Below, piece after piece: positions 33,601 through 46,600 of a stretch of DNA of 64,000 nucleotides. The stretch is from NCBI GenBank assembly GCA_030167865.1, contig JALAGF010006229.1, forward strand, positions 1 to 64,000. The letters run 5' to 3'. Source of the DNA: Craspedostauros australis. Taxonomy: Eukaryota. The position numbers and the translations under genes are program-made. Position 1 is the stretch's first letter; each line of letters begins with the position of its first letter. Under the pieces are notes generated by a model that was not told where the DNA came from, searched no databases, and saw nothing but the letters and a program-made list of their open reading frames with translations.

Positions 33601-34210
33601 TCTTCGGGGATTCCACCTTCACAGCAAGTGGAACAGGAGCGGCAGCGAGAGTGGGGACTTCCCCAGATTCGGTTGAACTGGTTTCATCTTCGGTCTGTTC
33701 GCGTTTGATACCAGGATTGCTGACGGATGTTGCGGTGCTTGGTGCTGCGGAAGCGACGGCGGAGGGTTCCGGAGCGGGAGTTGCATCGGCAGGAGGGTCA
33801 GGAGCAGAGGTAACAACAGCAGGGGCTACGGTAGGAGTGACAGATGGCGCATTGGAGGCAGGGTCGCCGCCGCCGTCGCCGGAGGGAGCAGCAGCGGGTG
33901 AAGCAGAGGAAGCAACGACAATTCCAGCAGGGGGCGTTCCCGAGGAGGCAGTCAAATCCGGGGTTGCCTCCTGCTCATCCTTGCTATCACCCGAGCAGAA
34001 GAGATCTTCGTCGTCATCGTCGTCACCGCCATTTTCAGGTGAGTTGTCATTCACGGCACCGTTTGGAGCAGACGCGTCGCTCAGCGCAGGTGGCGGCACA
34101 GGATCTGACTTGATTTGGCCTTCATCGTGTTTTTCTTCGCTTGGCTCTGTCTTCACCACGACCTCGTCCGAGGCTGCGGCTGCGGCCACCGCGGTGTCAA
34201 CAGTCGCCAT
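30675..34210 (-). CDS. Protein with three hnRNP-Q acidic (NURR)-like helical domains and a long Q/P/M-rich low-complexity region (2 exons)
   Basis: Exons 34210-32825 and about 32585-30675 (GTAAG...AACAG, phase 0; the acceptor could be 6 nt further). Repeats end in [30 protein letters not shown] and [14 protein letters not shown]. Confidence 0.8.
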
Positions 34211-35110
34211 TTGGTTGTCTTTGTACTAATCGTATGCCAGTATACTATGCAAGGAATCACTTCTTCTACTCGAGTCTGTTGCGTGTCTGTGGGGTATGAT
34301 AGATCGTGCTCCAAGCACCTGTGCTCTCCTCCACCCTTGTTCAAGTCGCGTCCTCCCTTGCTGTTGACGCAAACGGATTCCTTGCGGATGGTTGCTTGTG
34401 GGCGCAAACGCGTTCAGACAGCTCCCTCGCTGTTTTCTGTTGTGCCTGCCAACGCCAAGAATCGTTTTCTTCTCGTACTGTTGACGCAGTGACCGTGGAA
34501 CCGGCGTACAGACGAACAGACGGCGCGCGGAGAAGAACTCCCACGAAGATTCACGAATTCGACACGATCACGGTTTCTTCCGTAGATTCCACTGTAGATC
34601 GTACTCCACACCCAAGTGCAGAGAATTGTAGGAGGTTGAAAGTAGAGTACTTGTAGCGTACATAGCCGTACGCGCGAGCATCTGTAGCCCGCATCGTGGT
34701 GATCGATCTTGAAACACTCCCCACCAGTATCCACCTTTTTCGTAATTGTATGAAAGGAGCCAGTTCTGCAGTCCTAATTCTCTGGACTTCCTCTCTCTCT
34801 GCTGGTATGCGAACAGATGGCAACAGAGAAGATGAATGCTCTGGAGTATCCTACGGATGATGGTCGTCTACAATAACTGCCGTCGTGCATGCGAATGATA
34901 CCAGTGATGCAGAGATAGAGTGCTCTCTCTCTCTCTCTCTCTCTCCTCTCTAGATTAGAGCTGAGTGGGATGTCCTTGGCGCTTTTTTGTTGCTGCTCCT
35001 GTTGCTGTTGCTGTTGCTGTTGATGGAAATGACCATGTTTTCTCACGCCTCCACCAACTACCCATCATGCTGCGCTGGCAGTTCCTCTACTCTATTCTAT
35101 GCTCTGCCTG

Positions 35111-36016
35111 CTATGAGAATCTGAATCGTTGGATCTTCGAACCTCCCTTGCTGCCCAAAGTGTCGGCGTGCACGATTCGCTCCAAACCAAGCTTGGCGGA
35201 CATGAGATCGATCTGCTGCTCCGTTTCCTCGTCGTATGCGAAGCTCTGCGATAGCAGGAAGACACCTTGACCACGATCGAGGAGCTTTGAGACTGTGAGA
35301 AGCAACGGGTCGACATTCTCAAAGCAGTAGATCAAGTCGCTGCCGACGATCATGTCCACTTGTGGCGTCTCCAAACGACCATGGATCTTGTGCTGGAGTC
35401 GCTTTATTTCAGCCTCCACGCCCCATTTGAGTTCCTCGAAATAGAACGGAACGGCGCTGATCTCATTGAGAACGACGGACTGATCCTCCTCTGTCGTCGC
35501 CTGGTCGTACAGTTCCTCCATCGTCGTTTCATGGTTGTTCTTGGCCTTCTCCAAAGTCCCAGGATCGTGATCTGTCACGAATACGCAGTCCAAATCCTTC
35601 CAAAACATCTGCAATGCGACGATGGCAACCAACGCCGTGCCTGCTCCCAGTTCGACAACCGATCGCAACTTTCCGTTGCCCGATGCTAGGAGATCTTCTT
35701 CAGCGCCATCCAATTTCGCAGGCGTGCGTATCGTTGCTGCGTTCTTCACCAGGTATTCGCACAAGGCCGGGGCTGCTGGCCACAAGTAATGGCCCGATTG
35801 GACCGCCCCCGGTTCATCGTCCACGACGTGCAGAGCGACATGCACGCTCTTGCCTGCGTGCTCTGTGGTTGCGGCAACTGCACCATCGCCATCATCTGGT
35901 TCGGAGGGAAACGCGTAGTGCTTCAACACGGAGGCATGGCTGCCTTCGAACATGAACCCGATATCACTATAGATCTCATCTTCATGATCGCTTTCGTCGT
36001 CGCTGTTTGATGTCAT
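35111..36016 (-). CDS. SAM-dependent protein methyltransferase (METTL21/Methyltransf_16-like)
   Basis: SGHYLWPAAPALCEYL, motif I VVELGAGTAL, post-I VFVTDHD, LKWG and DMIVGSDLIY (DxxY). Confidence 0.9.
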   Translation of the reverse strand: MTSNSDDESDHEDEIYSDIGFMFEGSHASVLKHYAFPSEPDDGDGAVAATTEHAGKSVHVALHVVDDEPGAVQSGHYLWPAAPALCEYLVKNAATIRTPAKLDGAEEDLLASGNGKLRSVVELGAGTALVAIVALQMFWKDLDCVFVTDHDPGTLEKAKNNHETTMEELYDQATTEEDQSVVLNEISAVPFYFEELKWGVEAEIKRLQHKIHGRLETPQVDMIVGSDLIYCFENVDPLLLTVSKLLDRGQGVFLLSQSFAYDEETEQQIDLMSAKLGLERIVHADTLGSKGGSKIQRFRFS

Positions 36017-36336
36017 GACAGCAGATCTCCGTTTCGGTGGCAAAGTGCGGTCTGGAATGTGAATGCGTACTCCCGAATGTTTAGTCGCCGTCGCCGTCGT
36101 TGTCGTCCTTCAGTTACAAAGCTTTGAGCAAGAACACCTCTTGTCTGCATCGAGGCGGAGGGAGATGCTGTGACGGTGGGATCGCGCACACATCACCCCC
36201 CTCGATGTTGAATGTGTTTGGTTGGTGCTCTTGGTGGCGAACGAACAAAGGTTGGCGCGGCTCCAATCACGAATATGTTGAATCACGAACCATCATGTTT
36301 GACACATGCGTACGACTCGTACGACTAAAATCGAAA

Positions 36337-36349
36337 TTCAAATTTTGAA
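36337..36349. promoter_or_regulatory. Inverted pair of CHR-like motifs (TTCAAA-T-TTTGAA) in the divergent methyltransferase/CAP-D2 promoter
   Basis: The sequence is visible about 370 bp upstream of the CAP-D2 ATG. Function is inferred only. Confidence 0.3.
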
Positions 36350-36714
36350 TTCTTGTGTGTCGGACATCCATGATTTCTTCCCTGTTTGGTGGCTTTTTCG
36401 CTCCGACATCCCCGCCAACAATCACGCGCAATCGGAAAGCAACAAATGCACCATCGCTCGTACTCCATCATTATTGTCATCGTTGTCGTCGTTGTCATCG
36501 TTGTCATCGTTGCCATCATCATCATTATCGTCACATTCATTTCACCATCAACACAGTTGCTGTCACATTGCAATCATCATCTTCTTCACAACCATCTTGT
36601 TCATAGCAAACAAAGAAGTACAGAGTTCATCACAAGTCGTGGCCTGCGAGAGATCATCTGCGACGCAAGTTGACGTTGACTGGCTGATACGCAAGAGAAG
36701 GAAAGAGCGCAACA

Positions 36715-39700
36715 ATGGCAACACCAAGTGCAATCGCAAGAACGACCACCTTCCCGGTCCCATCGTCCTTGCAACACCTCGAAAGCGAGCCTCACAACCT
36801 ATTTCCGTATCCTCCCGACTTCCAAAACCGAAACGAAGCAGCCAGAGCAGCGTCCTTCAATGAGTTGGTGGAATTGATCGAGGACGGCAACCGAAAATTG
36901 GTCAACTTTGGCGTCGGCATCCTGGAAGATCCCACAACGGATGTTATCAATCGCTCTGACCGTCGACAGGCGCTCTACACTTTGGTCAGGTGCGTTTCTT
37001 CTATGTCCAAACCTTGCTGCTGTATATGACAAGAGCAATATCGAGCCATGCAACGTATTCTTGTTTTTGTGTTTTATTATTGTTTACGTTTTGTGTGGGC
37101 ATACTATTCCAGAGAATGGTGCATCGCAGCTCGCTCACTTCTTTTGTTATTGCCTTCCATCCTTCAATTTCCACTACAAACTTGTTCATCACGCACCATT
37201 GGCGCACCGCTTGGCACATCTTGGACATCGCAGAAAGTCAACATCATTGGCGGCAAAGACAAGGAGAAGACTCGTAGAAGGCATCTGCGAGTGTTTGTCC
37301 ATTCTGTCATCGTTGTTGCATGATGAAGAATGCGTCAATGAAGAATCGGCGGGACAAGACAGCCAATTGACGATGGGTTTGGCCTCAAGGCCAGCATCTT
37401 CTTCTTCGAGAGTAATGCCGCAGGCGTTCCGCGATGCGTACGCCTGTCATCTCTACATGCTCTTCTCCATCATGTTCTTCACGGAATCGGAAGCCAAGGG
37501 TCTCAAGAATTTTGGCAACCCCAAACGCGGCGACAAGAGCAAAGAAGCAACCGACGCTGCTGCCAGCCGCGATTTGTGCGCACGCACCATGCTCATGGCA
37601 GCGCAATGCATGTCGAACAACCGTGCGAAGCTTTGGAAGCGGGGCGTGGCCAACGAAGCTGTCATCTTCCTGCCGTGCCGAATCGCATATCAAATGCTCG
37701 AAAGCGCTACCGGTGTTGTGGCATCCAAAGCAGCCTGTGCCGACGAAGCCTTGGGGATGATCGCAGCCACAATCGACACGAGCGATTCGGTCAGAAGCAC
37801 CATCGTCGCAGCATTGATGGACTTGATGCATTCCTACGAACACATTGCGGGACTTTGCGTCAAGCTGTGCAACATATCCACCAATCGTGCGTTGGAGCAA
37901 TTGGCCATGGAGCTCATTCGGGAGATCGGTCGATTGGACACCAGCGGCATGCTGGGTGCCGCAGACAACGGCAAAGCCAGCGGAATCAAGTACGTCGCGC
38001 CATTCATCAGCGAATTGGCGCAGGCCAACCCAAGGCTCATGATGCAGCATATTTCGCACTTGCTGCCACACCTAGAGTCGGAACCATACAACTTGAGGTC
38101 ATCAATCGTTGCAGCATCTGGGCACATTGTCTCGTTCCTCGCGAAGGAGACTACAGCTGCAACCGCAACAGATCACGCCGCTATTTCCAGCAGCGACGGT
38201 TCCGGGCACGACCACGAGCATGAGGAACTCACCGAAGAAGAAAACACGACGAAGCAGAATTTGCAGCCTCAGCAAAAGACCAAGGAGAAGCTGCTGGGAA
38301 TTCTGATGGAGCGGTGCACGGATGTCAGCTCGTACACAAGATCGACGGCGCTGAAGACCTGGATTGGATTGATGAAGGAAGGAGTTCTTCCCTTGCAGTG
38401 GTTGACATCAATCACAACCATCGCCATCGATCGGTTGCAGGATAAGACCGTGCTCGTCCGAAAGCAGGCCATTCAGGTGCGTTTGACGGATACGCTCGAG
38501 GGGTCTCCCGCCAGTTGGAAAGTCTTGTCCAGTTGTGGCATCACACTTTGTTGGTTGGCAATTGCTGCTATCTTGATCCTCGCTTTTCTTCTTCTCCTCC
38601 TCCTCCTCCTCCTCCTCCTTCTTTCCTCACAACAACATCACTCCGTCTTGCTTGACTTCCACGCTCCGCTTCCTTATATTCCACTTTGTTGCATCTTGCT
38701 GCATTGACCTACTTCTTGTATCTCTTCCATCCTTTCGTTTTTGCATTGTACGTGTACAGCTCATGACTGTGTTGCTAGAGAACAATCCATTCTTGGGAGA
38801 TCTGGACCCCGAGCCGTACCACATGAAGCTGATCGAACTCAGGGTGTACGTGCTGCACCATCTGCCGGAAAACATCAAGGAGGCGCATGATCTTGCCGTT
38901 CAACAGGATGACGCAGACAGCACCGAAGATCCCAACAACATCGCGAATGACGCTCACGATCGGCGTCAACAGTTGGAAAATGCCGCCCTTGCTGCGACAA
39001 TGTCGGAGGTATCGTCGTGGACGGATGCAGAACTGGACGATGCCAAGCGCGAACTGAAGGCACGCATTGATGCGTTCCAATTTGCTGAGGCTGCGTTGCG
39101 GCTGATCATGCAAATTGAGAGCGCAAGCACCGCGTTGCACAACATGCTTCTGTCATCCAACTCCAGCGACGTATCTGAGGCGCTTCGGTTCTTCGTCAAG
39201 GCACGGCACTTCAAGCTGCCGTGTTCCGTGCGTGGGATGAAGCAAGCGCTTTCGCTCATGTGGTCGACAGAGCAAAGTGTCAAGGATGAGGTCCTGAAGG
39301 CATTCAACGAGGTCTTCCTTGCTGAACCAGGATCGCAGGGCAGCGAGTGCCTGCCGGATGAAAAGATTGCACAGAATCTGCTTTCGCTGGTATATGAAGC
39401 GTCGGCGAGCGAGTTGGTGTCGATCGAAGAAGGCCTTGGGCGGTTGGTTGAGGAGGAGATGATCCCATCGAACGTCTTCAACATTCTCTGGTCGGCAGTC
39501 GCCAGAGGTGGGGGTCACGTCAAGGCGACAGCGATCCTAGTGTTGGGCATGGCCGCCACGAAGGACAAGAGCATCGTGGACAGCAAGAGCCGTCTGAAGG
39601 TTTTGCTCGACGCTGCATTCGAGGAGACGATCGGTCGGCGCCAATCATGGGAGACCATCAGGGCTGCGTGCATCGCACTTCAGCGCATCGACCGCGTGCA

Positions 39701-41495
39701 AGAGAACGGTGCTTGTGCCAAGTATCTGATCATGGAACGCGTCATCGACCAGTTGTCCATCGTGGCACGAGGCGATTGGTGCAATGACGCAGATGGAGAT
39801 GACGGCAACTGTGGCAATGGCGCTAAGGCAGGCAATCAAACGAGAGGCTCCAATGCGCTGGGTTGGTTTGCTGCTTCGGAACAGGCAATCAGCGCTTTGT
39901 TCGTCATCAGTCCAGCACCGGAGGCCGCGTGCGCCGACATCATCGTTGGAATGCATGCGCTGACGTTCTCGTCCGAGTCGCACAAGGTGCAGCCAATGCG
40001 TCTAGCCCGTTTCTGCCATGTGCTGGGACACATCGCGTTGAGGCTCCTGGTGTACACGGAAGACATCAGCAGCAGTGTGCGACGAGCGAACGCGAAGAGA
40101 TCGTTAAAGCGGCAAGAAGAGGCTAGCCAAGCCAAGGCCGCGGCAGCCTCCAGTACCTCCAACTCCAAAAAGTTCGATGGCGGAGACGATGACATCGAGG
40201 CGGAGCTCGGAATGGCAGCAGAAGTCGAGGCCGAAAACGAACGAAAAGTTGCGGAGATCGCGGAACAGGAGATCGTAGGACGCGGTCTCGTGAGTGCCTT
40301 CGGGCAGTTGCTGGTGCGCATCGTTTCGGATGAGACGAACTGGGCGAAGTCGACGATTCTGATGGAATCTGCCGTTCTGGCCCTGTGCAAGTTCATGTGC
40401 GTGTCGACAGCGTTCTGCGAGAAGCACATGCCCGTCCTCTTCTCTTGCATCGAGAAGGCCCCGAAGGACAACGTGACGATGCGGGCGAACACTGTCGTGG
40501 CGCTCGGAGATCTGGCCTTCAGATTCCCCAACGAGGTCGAACCGTACACGCCGAGACTCTACGCATGCCTCCGGGATACGTCCAAGAAGGTTCGCCGGCA
40601 CACGTTGATGGTCCTGACGCATCTCATCCTGAATGATATGATCAAGGTGAAGGGCCAGGTGTGTGAGATCGCGCTGTGCTTGCGCGACGATGACCCGCGC
40701 ATCCGCGACATGTCAAGACTGCTCTTCCACGAGCTGAGCAAACGCAGCAACAACCCGGTGTACAACCTCCTGCCGGACATCATCAGCCAGCTAAGCACGG
40801 ACTCCGTGGCGAAGGAGGATTTCCGCATGATCATGTCATTCTTGCTGGGCTACATCAAGAAGGATCGGCAGAATGAGATGCTGATTGAGAAGCTGGTGCT
40901 GAGGTTCCCGAAGTGCGTGTCCATCACGCAGAGCGCAAACGTGGCCTACTGCATGTCCCAGCTGAAGGTGAACGAGAAGGCTCTGAAGCACCTAATCGAC
41001 AACTTCAAGCTGTACAAGCACTTCTTGCACGATGCGGAGGTGAAGAAGCAGTTCATGTCGATCCTGGGCAAGATCCGCAAGACCGGCAAGGCGGAATGGA
41101 AGCAGACGTTGGACGAATGGAGCGACAAGCTGAATGAAGAGGCTGAGCTGGGCGCTGAAAACGAACGCGCCCAGGTCAAGGCGGCGAATGCGCGCGGCGG
41201 CAGAGGTCTTCGCGAGTTGTCATCTTCATCCCTCAACGTCAATGGTCTTGATTCTGTCGCACCCGGAGGCTCCAGGCTCATGCGCAAAGGCGCGTCCACC
41301 AAACTGGGGTCGATTGGGGCAATCGCTGAGGAAGATGAGGAGGACGATTACGAAGGTGAATCTGATGAAACTGAAAATGGATACGATTCCGAGGATGAGA
41401 GCGATGACGACGACATGGAATTCAACGAACCAAACAAGGTGAATGATTACGAAATGGCCTCCCGCCAACTCGCTTCGATGACATTGGAGGAGTAG
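36715..41495 (+). CDS. NCAPD2: Condensin I HEAT subunit CAP-D2 (Cnd1/Ycs4), 3 exons
   Basis: Exons 36715-36989, 37234-38476, 38760-41495 (GT-AG, in frame). Motifs LESEPYNLRSS, DVSSYTRS, DRLQDKTVLVRKQAIQL, LENNPF, ALCKFMCVS..FCE, RANTVVALGDLAFRFPN, LTHLILNDMIKVKGQ and VYNLLPDIISQL. Confidence 0.96.
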
Positions 41496-43152
41496 AGGAC
41501 GCGCAGAGTACTAGCAGAATGTGATGCCACGCGAGCATGTATACCGGGACACAAGTAAAATAGTATGCAATGGAACAAAATGTGACCGTAGTGGGGGAAT
41601 CGCACGGGGAAGAAGTTCACATTAACTCACAACGTAGCTTGTGATGCATAGTGATGCCATGCCATACAAGAGAGCACGAATGCTCATTTGCAACTCTCCT
41701 CTCTAGGCCGTACTCATGTGCTGGCACGAGAGAGCAGGTACACTCTCTCGCAGACATGAAGCTGTTCATTGCCGCGTCTCTTTGCATCTGTTTTGTCTTG
41801 TATCATCATGATTTGGGGGAAGTAAAGACATTGTTTGTCGCCTTGTGCATTGTTCGCAGACATGGCATCAAATGTGACGTATAGTACATCTCTCTCTCTC
41901 TCTGCGTGTTCGTGGCGCCGTTGTTGCATGCGGTGGCAGAGAGTCGGAGGAAAGGAGAGCAACTGAGGAAGCAATCTGACGTCCAGGGAAGGCCGCAAGG
42001 GCGCGGAGGTTCGCGCGTCGCATGAAACGGTGGTGGGAATCGAGGACATGCGAGACAAGGAAACGACACAAGAGACACAGGAGGAACCTGTTCGAAGCAA
42101 GTATTCTCCGCCACAGAGCGCAACGCGATGCGATGTGTTGACCCAAAAAGGGAGAGTTTTCGTGATCGGAACCGACACCGCAACACATGGCCCCGCGAAC
42201 GTTTCCCCATGATTGGCTTGGCAGGTGTTGCGTGTTCGTATGGTGCGATCCGATGTCGTGTGGGGTGGTGTACCGTACCATGGCTACGGGTACGAGTCGT
42301 GAATCCCCGTACAAACCGATGTTGGCCTCACAAAGTGACGATAGTGTTACGGGTCTGCAGGCGCGAGGAACACATGATTTCATAAATACGTCCGATCTAC
42401 GACATGACGATGCGACATGACTAATTATCGAGGCCCCCACAATTTTTGCAAATGGGAAGCCACGGATTGCTCGGAAATGTGGGGGCAAGAGCACTTACAA
42501 GATTGTTTGGGGGTTTGTGGTGACAGCAGTGACCAACGACAACACAGAGAGCGATTCGTCTTCTTTCTGCGGTTTGGTGAAATTGCTGCCACCACAAAGG
42601 AGCTCGCGAGGAAACAAGAGCAGAAAACAGCACGAAACAGCGACAACAACCACAACGACAGCAACAGCGCCACACAAACAGTTTCCCTTTTTCTGTCACT
42701 TTTCACGAACATCATCACAAAACCAGAAGGCTCCGAGAGAGAAAGGCAGACACACACGCAATCACCAACACCAACAGACCAAACGATTGACCCAACAGGA
42801 CAGAGTCTGTACACGTACACGTTTACCGCATCCATCGTTGGCATCGAAGATACCGAGGTAAGCACATCATCAAGTGTTGATGGCATGGGAGTATCCTTGA
42901 CCGCAAGAGGAAAGGCCTCGCCTGTGTGACTGGGACCAACCATGAAGGGAAAGAATCGACACGGCGGCATACGCCCGTCACGCACAAAAGATGTGAGCGC
43001 AGCAAGACCCTCCGTAGCGCTCAGTACATGTTCTACGTGATCGCTGCTACGTGGATTTTCGTTCACAATTTCACATCCCCCCTTCTTGTGATTTTTCTTG
43101 GTCTCGACCTGTCCCGCCTTGCCTGATTTCCTGGTTGGTACTCGCGCGCACA

Positions 43153-43174
43153 AACACACACACACACACACACA
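43153..43174. repeat. (AC)n microsatellite, about 11 units
   Basis: Directly visible. Confidence 0.9.
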
Positions 43175-43609
43175 CGCTGGATTCCGCTTTCGACACAATC
43201 CACCATGTGGCTGCACTTTCTGCTCTTGCTTTGGATTTTTGGTTGTTGGACACAATTTGCGATCCTGCATCTGTCGTTCTCGTTCTCCACACCATCCTCA
43301 TCACCCTCGCTGTTGTGGCCACCTTCCTCTCTCTCTCCCTCTGTGTGTGTGTGTACTCTACACCTCCGTCTGTGCAGACGCAACAGCCTATTTGACGCGA
43401 GGCACACAGAACGCGCAGAGGTGAACACTCTTTTGTCAGAACGAGGCGAACCGTCAACAGCAGAGCAACCACTCCCGCCACATCTGAGAAGCCAAACACA
43501 ACGATAGCCGCAACTGCAAAATCCAAACTACGGTCAATACTCATCACCAACAGCAACAGTCAACAGCAATAGCCAACAACCAAACAACCAATTCAAAGGC
43601 GACTCAACC

Positions 43610-46600
43610 ATGTCGGGCTATCCACCTGGCGGCCAGTTCGAGGAGAATGAAAACAGCGCCATCGAGAGGCGGCTGCAGGAGGAGTTCCGCGTGCGACAGG
43701 CCAACTCTGGCAGGGTGCCTGGGGCCTTGGCCTTTGCACCAAGGGCGGCGGATCAGAACTTCATGACATCGCTGATGGCAGAATCAGCAGCCACCTCCTC
43801 CAATCCCTACTACGCTCGTCAGGTTTCGGCGGCAGCTGCCGGGGCTGCATCAAGTCCTTACTACTCGCACCCAGGTGCGCTGGCTCAGCCACCGGGCGCG
43901 CCCGTGGGGTACGGCGCCAGCGATGCCGTCACAGCCACTCTCTACGCTCACCGCACAGCCGCGCAGTACGGATACGCCACGGCAGCATCCGCAGCGAATG
44001 CGGCTGCCGTGGAGCGGGCGTATGGGTACGGTGCCGTGCCCTCGGCGCGTGATCTTTACTCACAGCACTTCGCTCACCCTTCCCAGGAGATGTCAGTCCT
44101 GGATCGAGCGGCTGCCTACAACGCTCAGCAACGTCAGGCGGAGCAGCAAAGTCTGATGCAGCAACAGCAGCAGCAACAACAACAACAACAGGCGCAGGCA
44201 CAACAAGCGCAGCAGCAACAACAACAACAACAATCAGGTGTTGGCGCGAAACCACCCGCGGCTGGGCAGGGGCAGGCCATGTCCTTCGTCCAAAATCAGA
44301 CATCGCCTCCGCCAAAGCAATCGCCCCGATCGCAGCAGCCGGCAGGTGGCACCCCCAAGCCGGTTGTTCGGTTGGCACCGACCATCAAGTCGACGAAGAA
44401 GTCCACGCCGTCCAAAACGACTCCAAAGAAGCCGGCGCCGACGGTCACGGCAGTCAGCGCGAGGAGAAAGAAAGAGCAGGAAGATCTGGACAACAAGCGA
44501 TGGTTCTCTGGATGCGTCCCGCTGGGATTGGACGATGACAAGTACTGGCTGTCAGAGCTGCAGGTGTACTTGCGTTCCAGCTTCGCGGAGTCATTCGGCG
44601 CGACGGAGGAAGATATCGCAGCTCCCATGCACGGAAGGAACAAGCCCATCGCCCTGGGACAGGTCGGCATACGCTGCATGCATTGCAAACGTAAGTTGCC
44701 ATCCTCTGTAGCGTTGCTTTGTGTCTGGTATACACCATCTTGTTCGCTTGCGATTCCAATGCATTGCAACGGTCATCTCGCCATCCTCTTCTTCTCGATC
44801 CATCGCTCGTCTTGGTACTGCTCGTTGCTCAATTGTTATGCGTGTTTGATGTCACCCTCTCTCACCCCCAACCCTATTCCATGCAACGCTCAATTCAATC
44901 CAATACAATCCAATACAATCCCGCTCTTACCTCAATTCACCTTAAATTTCATTCCTCGTCACGCAACCGCAGACGAAAACCCCGCAGAGCGTGGACAGCA
45001 GGCAACTAGCTACCCGAGCCTGATCAGTGGCATCTACAACTCGGTCCAGCAGATGCTTCGTCTTCACTTGGATTGCTGCCAATCCATGCCGCCAGACGTC
45101 CGCCTGAAGATCGAGCAGCTCAAGCTCTCCAGCTCAAGCCGTGGTGGTCGCAAGCAGTACTGGATCGATTCGGCGAAGCGTCTTGGGCTCGTCGACACTC
45201 CGCACGGCATCCACTTCGGCCGCGACCCGCATGGTCCCCTACCACCACTCTCGGGTCCATCCGTTAACTCGAAGGAAGGCCGCAAGAAGAAGGAAAACGA
45301 AACCAAGGGCGCGTCGCCAGGCACGATCCCAGAGACTAGCCCGAGTAGCCCGGAAGAAAAGGCGGAAGCCGAGGCGGACACCCTGCCACCGATACCGCAA
45401 GTTGAGGAGCGCCCGCTGGTCTTTCCGGAGGACAAGCCGCTCATTTCGGACTACCTGTACCTCACCCTGGAGCAAATGAGCCCGTGCGTCCTCATGGAGG
45501 CTGATCGTGTTGGGTGCTACAAAACGAGAAAGGTTGGATTTCCTGGACTGGCATGCAAGCACTGCGTCGGCCAGGCAGGCTGTGGGCGGTACTTCCCAGC
45601 CTCGGAAGCCTCATTGTCCCAAACAACGACATCGCAAACCATCATGAATCACGTGCGCAACTGCAGACGCTGCCCCATCGAGATCAGAGAGAACCTCGAG
45701 ATCATGAAGCGAGCCCGCATGGGACCTGACGGCAAGCGAGCCGACAAGCCGAAGCATGGAGGCCGCAAAGTCTTCTTCCACCGCCTTTGGTGCAGAATCC
45801 AGGGCCTCCCCATGGAGGACGGCAAGGGCGAACCGAAGGAGAAGAAGAAGCGCAAGATCAAGACACCCACGAAGAAGAGCCCCAAGAAGAAGGCAGTCCC
45901 TGTTGACAAGAACAAGGCCAAGGCGGAGGAGAGCAGCAGCCCGCCGAAGAAGCAGAAGGTTGTCGCGAAACCAGCCCGAGTGGAATCGAGTGATGATACC
46001 TCCGACAGTGAACGAGCCTCAGGCGATAGCAGTGAAGAAGACGCCGATCGCAAGTCGAAATCCAAGTCGGCAACATCGAAAGCGTCGTCTGTCTCGGCTG
46101 CTGCTGCAGCGGCCGCAAAACCCAGCCAGCGCCCGTGGTGCGAAGGATGCGTCACGCTCACGAAGACCGACGATTCAGCCTGGTTGTCGGAGATGCAGAG
46201 ATTTGCGCGAAGTGAATTGGTCGAGGTTTTCAGCTTTTCGGAGACTGACACGCTGCATGGATACAACAGTCGCAAGGAACCGGCCATCGGTCAGGTTGGA
46301 ATTCGATGTGCGTATTGCAAGACGTTGCCGCCAGAACAACGATCATCGGGCGGTCTGGTCTTCCCGGACTCCTTGTCTGCCATCAACAGCAAGCTCGTGG
46401 ACATGATACGCCTGCATTTCCCATCCTGTCCAGGCATGCCCGCTGACAAGAAGGAGACCTTCAAGTCGCTGCGAAACTTCGGAAGCAAGGCCCTGGATGA
46501 TAGGTACCAGTACTGGATTGACTCTGCCCGAGACATCGGACTGAGTGCAGTTCCGCCTGGAGGGCAGGGTGTCGGCTGGGGCATCTCCTTCCGACGCGAT

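Noticed and set aside
41650..43560. Several 100-280 aa ORFs between CAP-D2 and the Cys/His repeat gene
   Set aside because: They run through microsatellites and lack coding-like composition, so they are probably promoter or UTR sequence.
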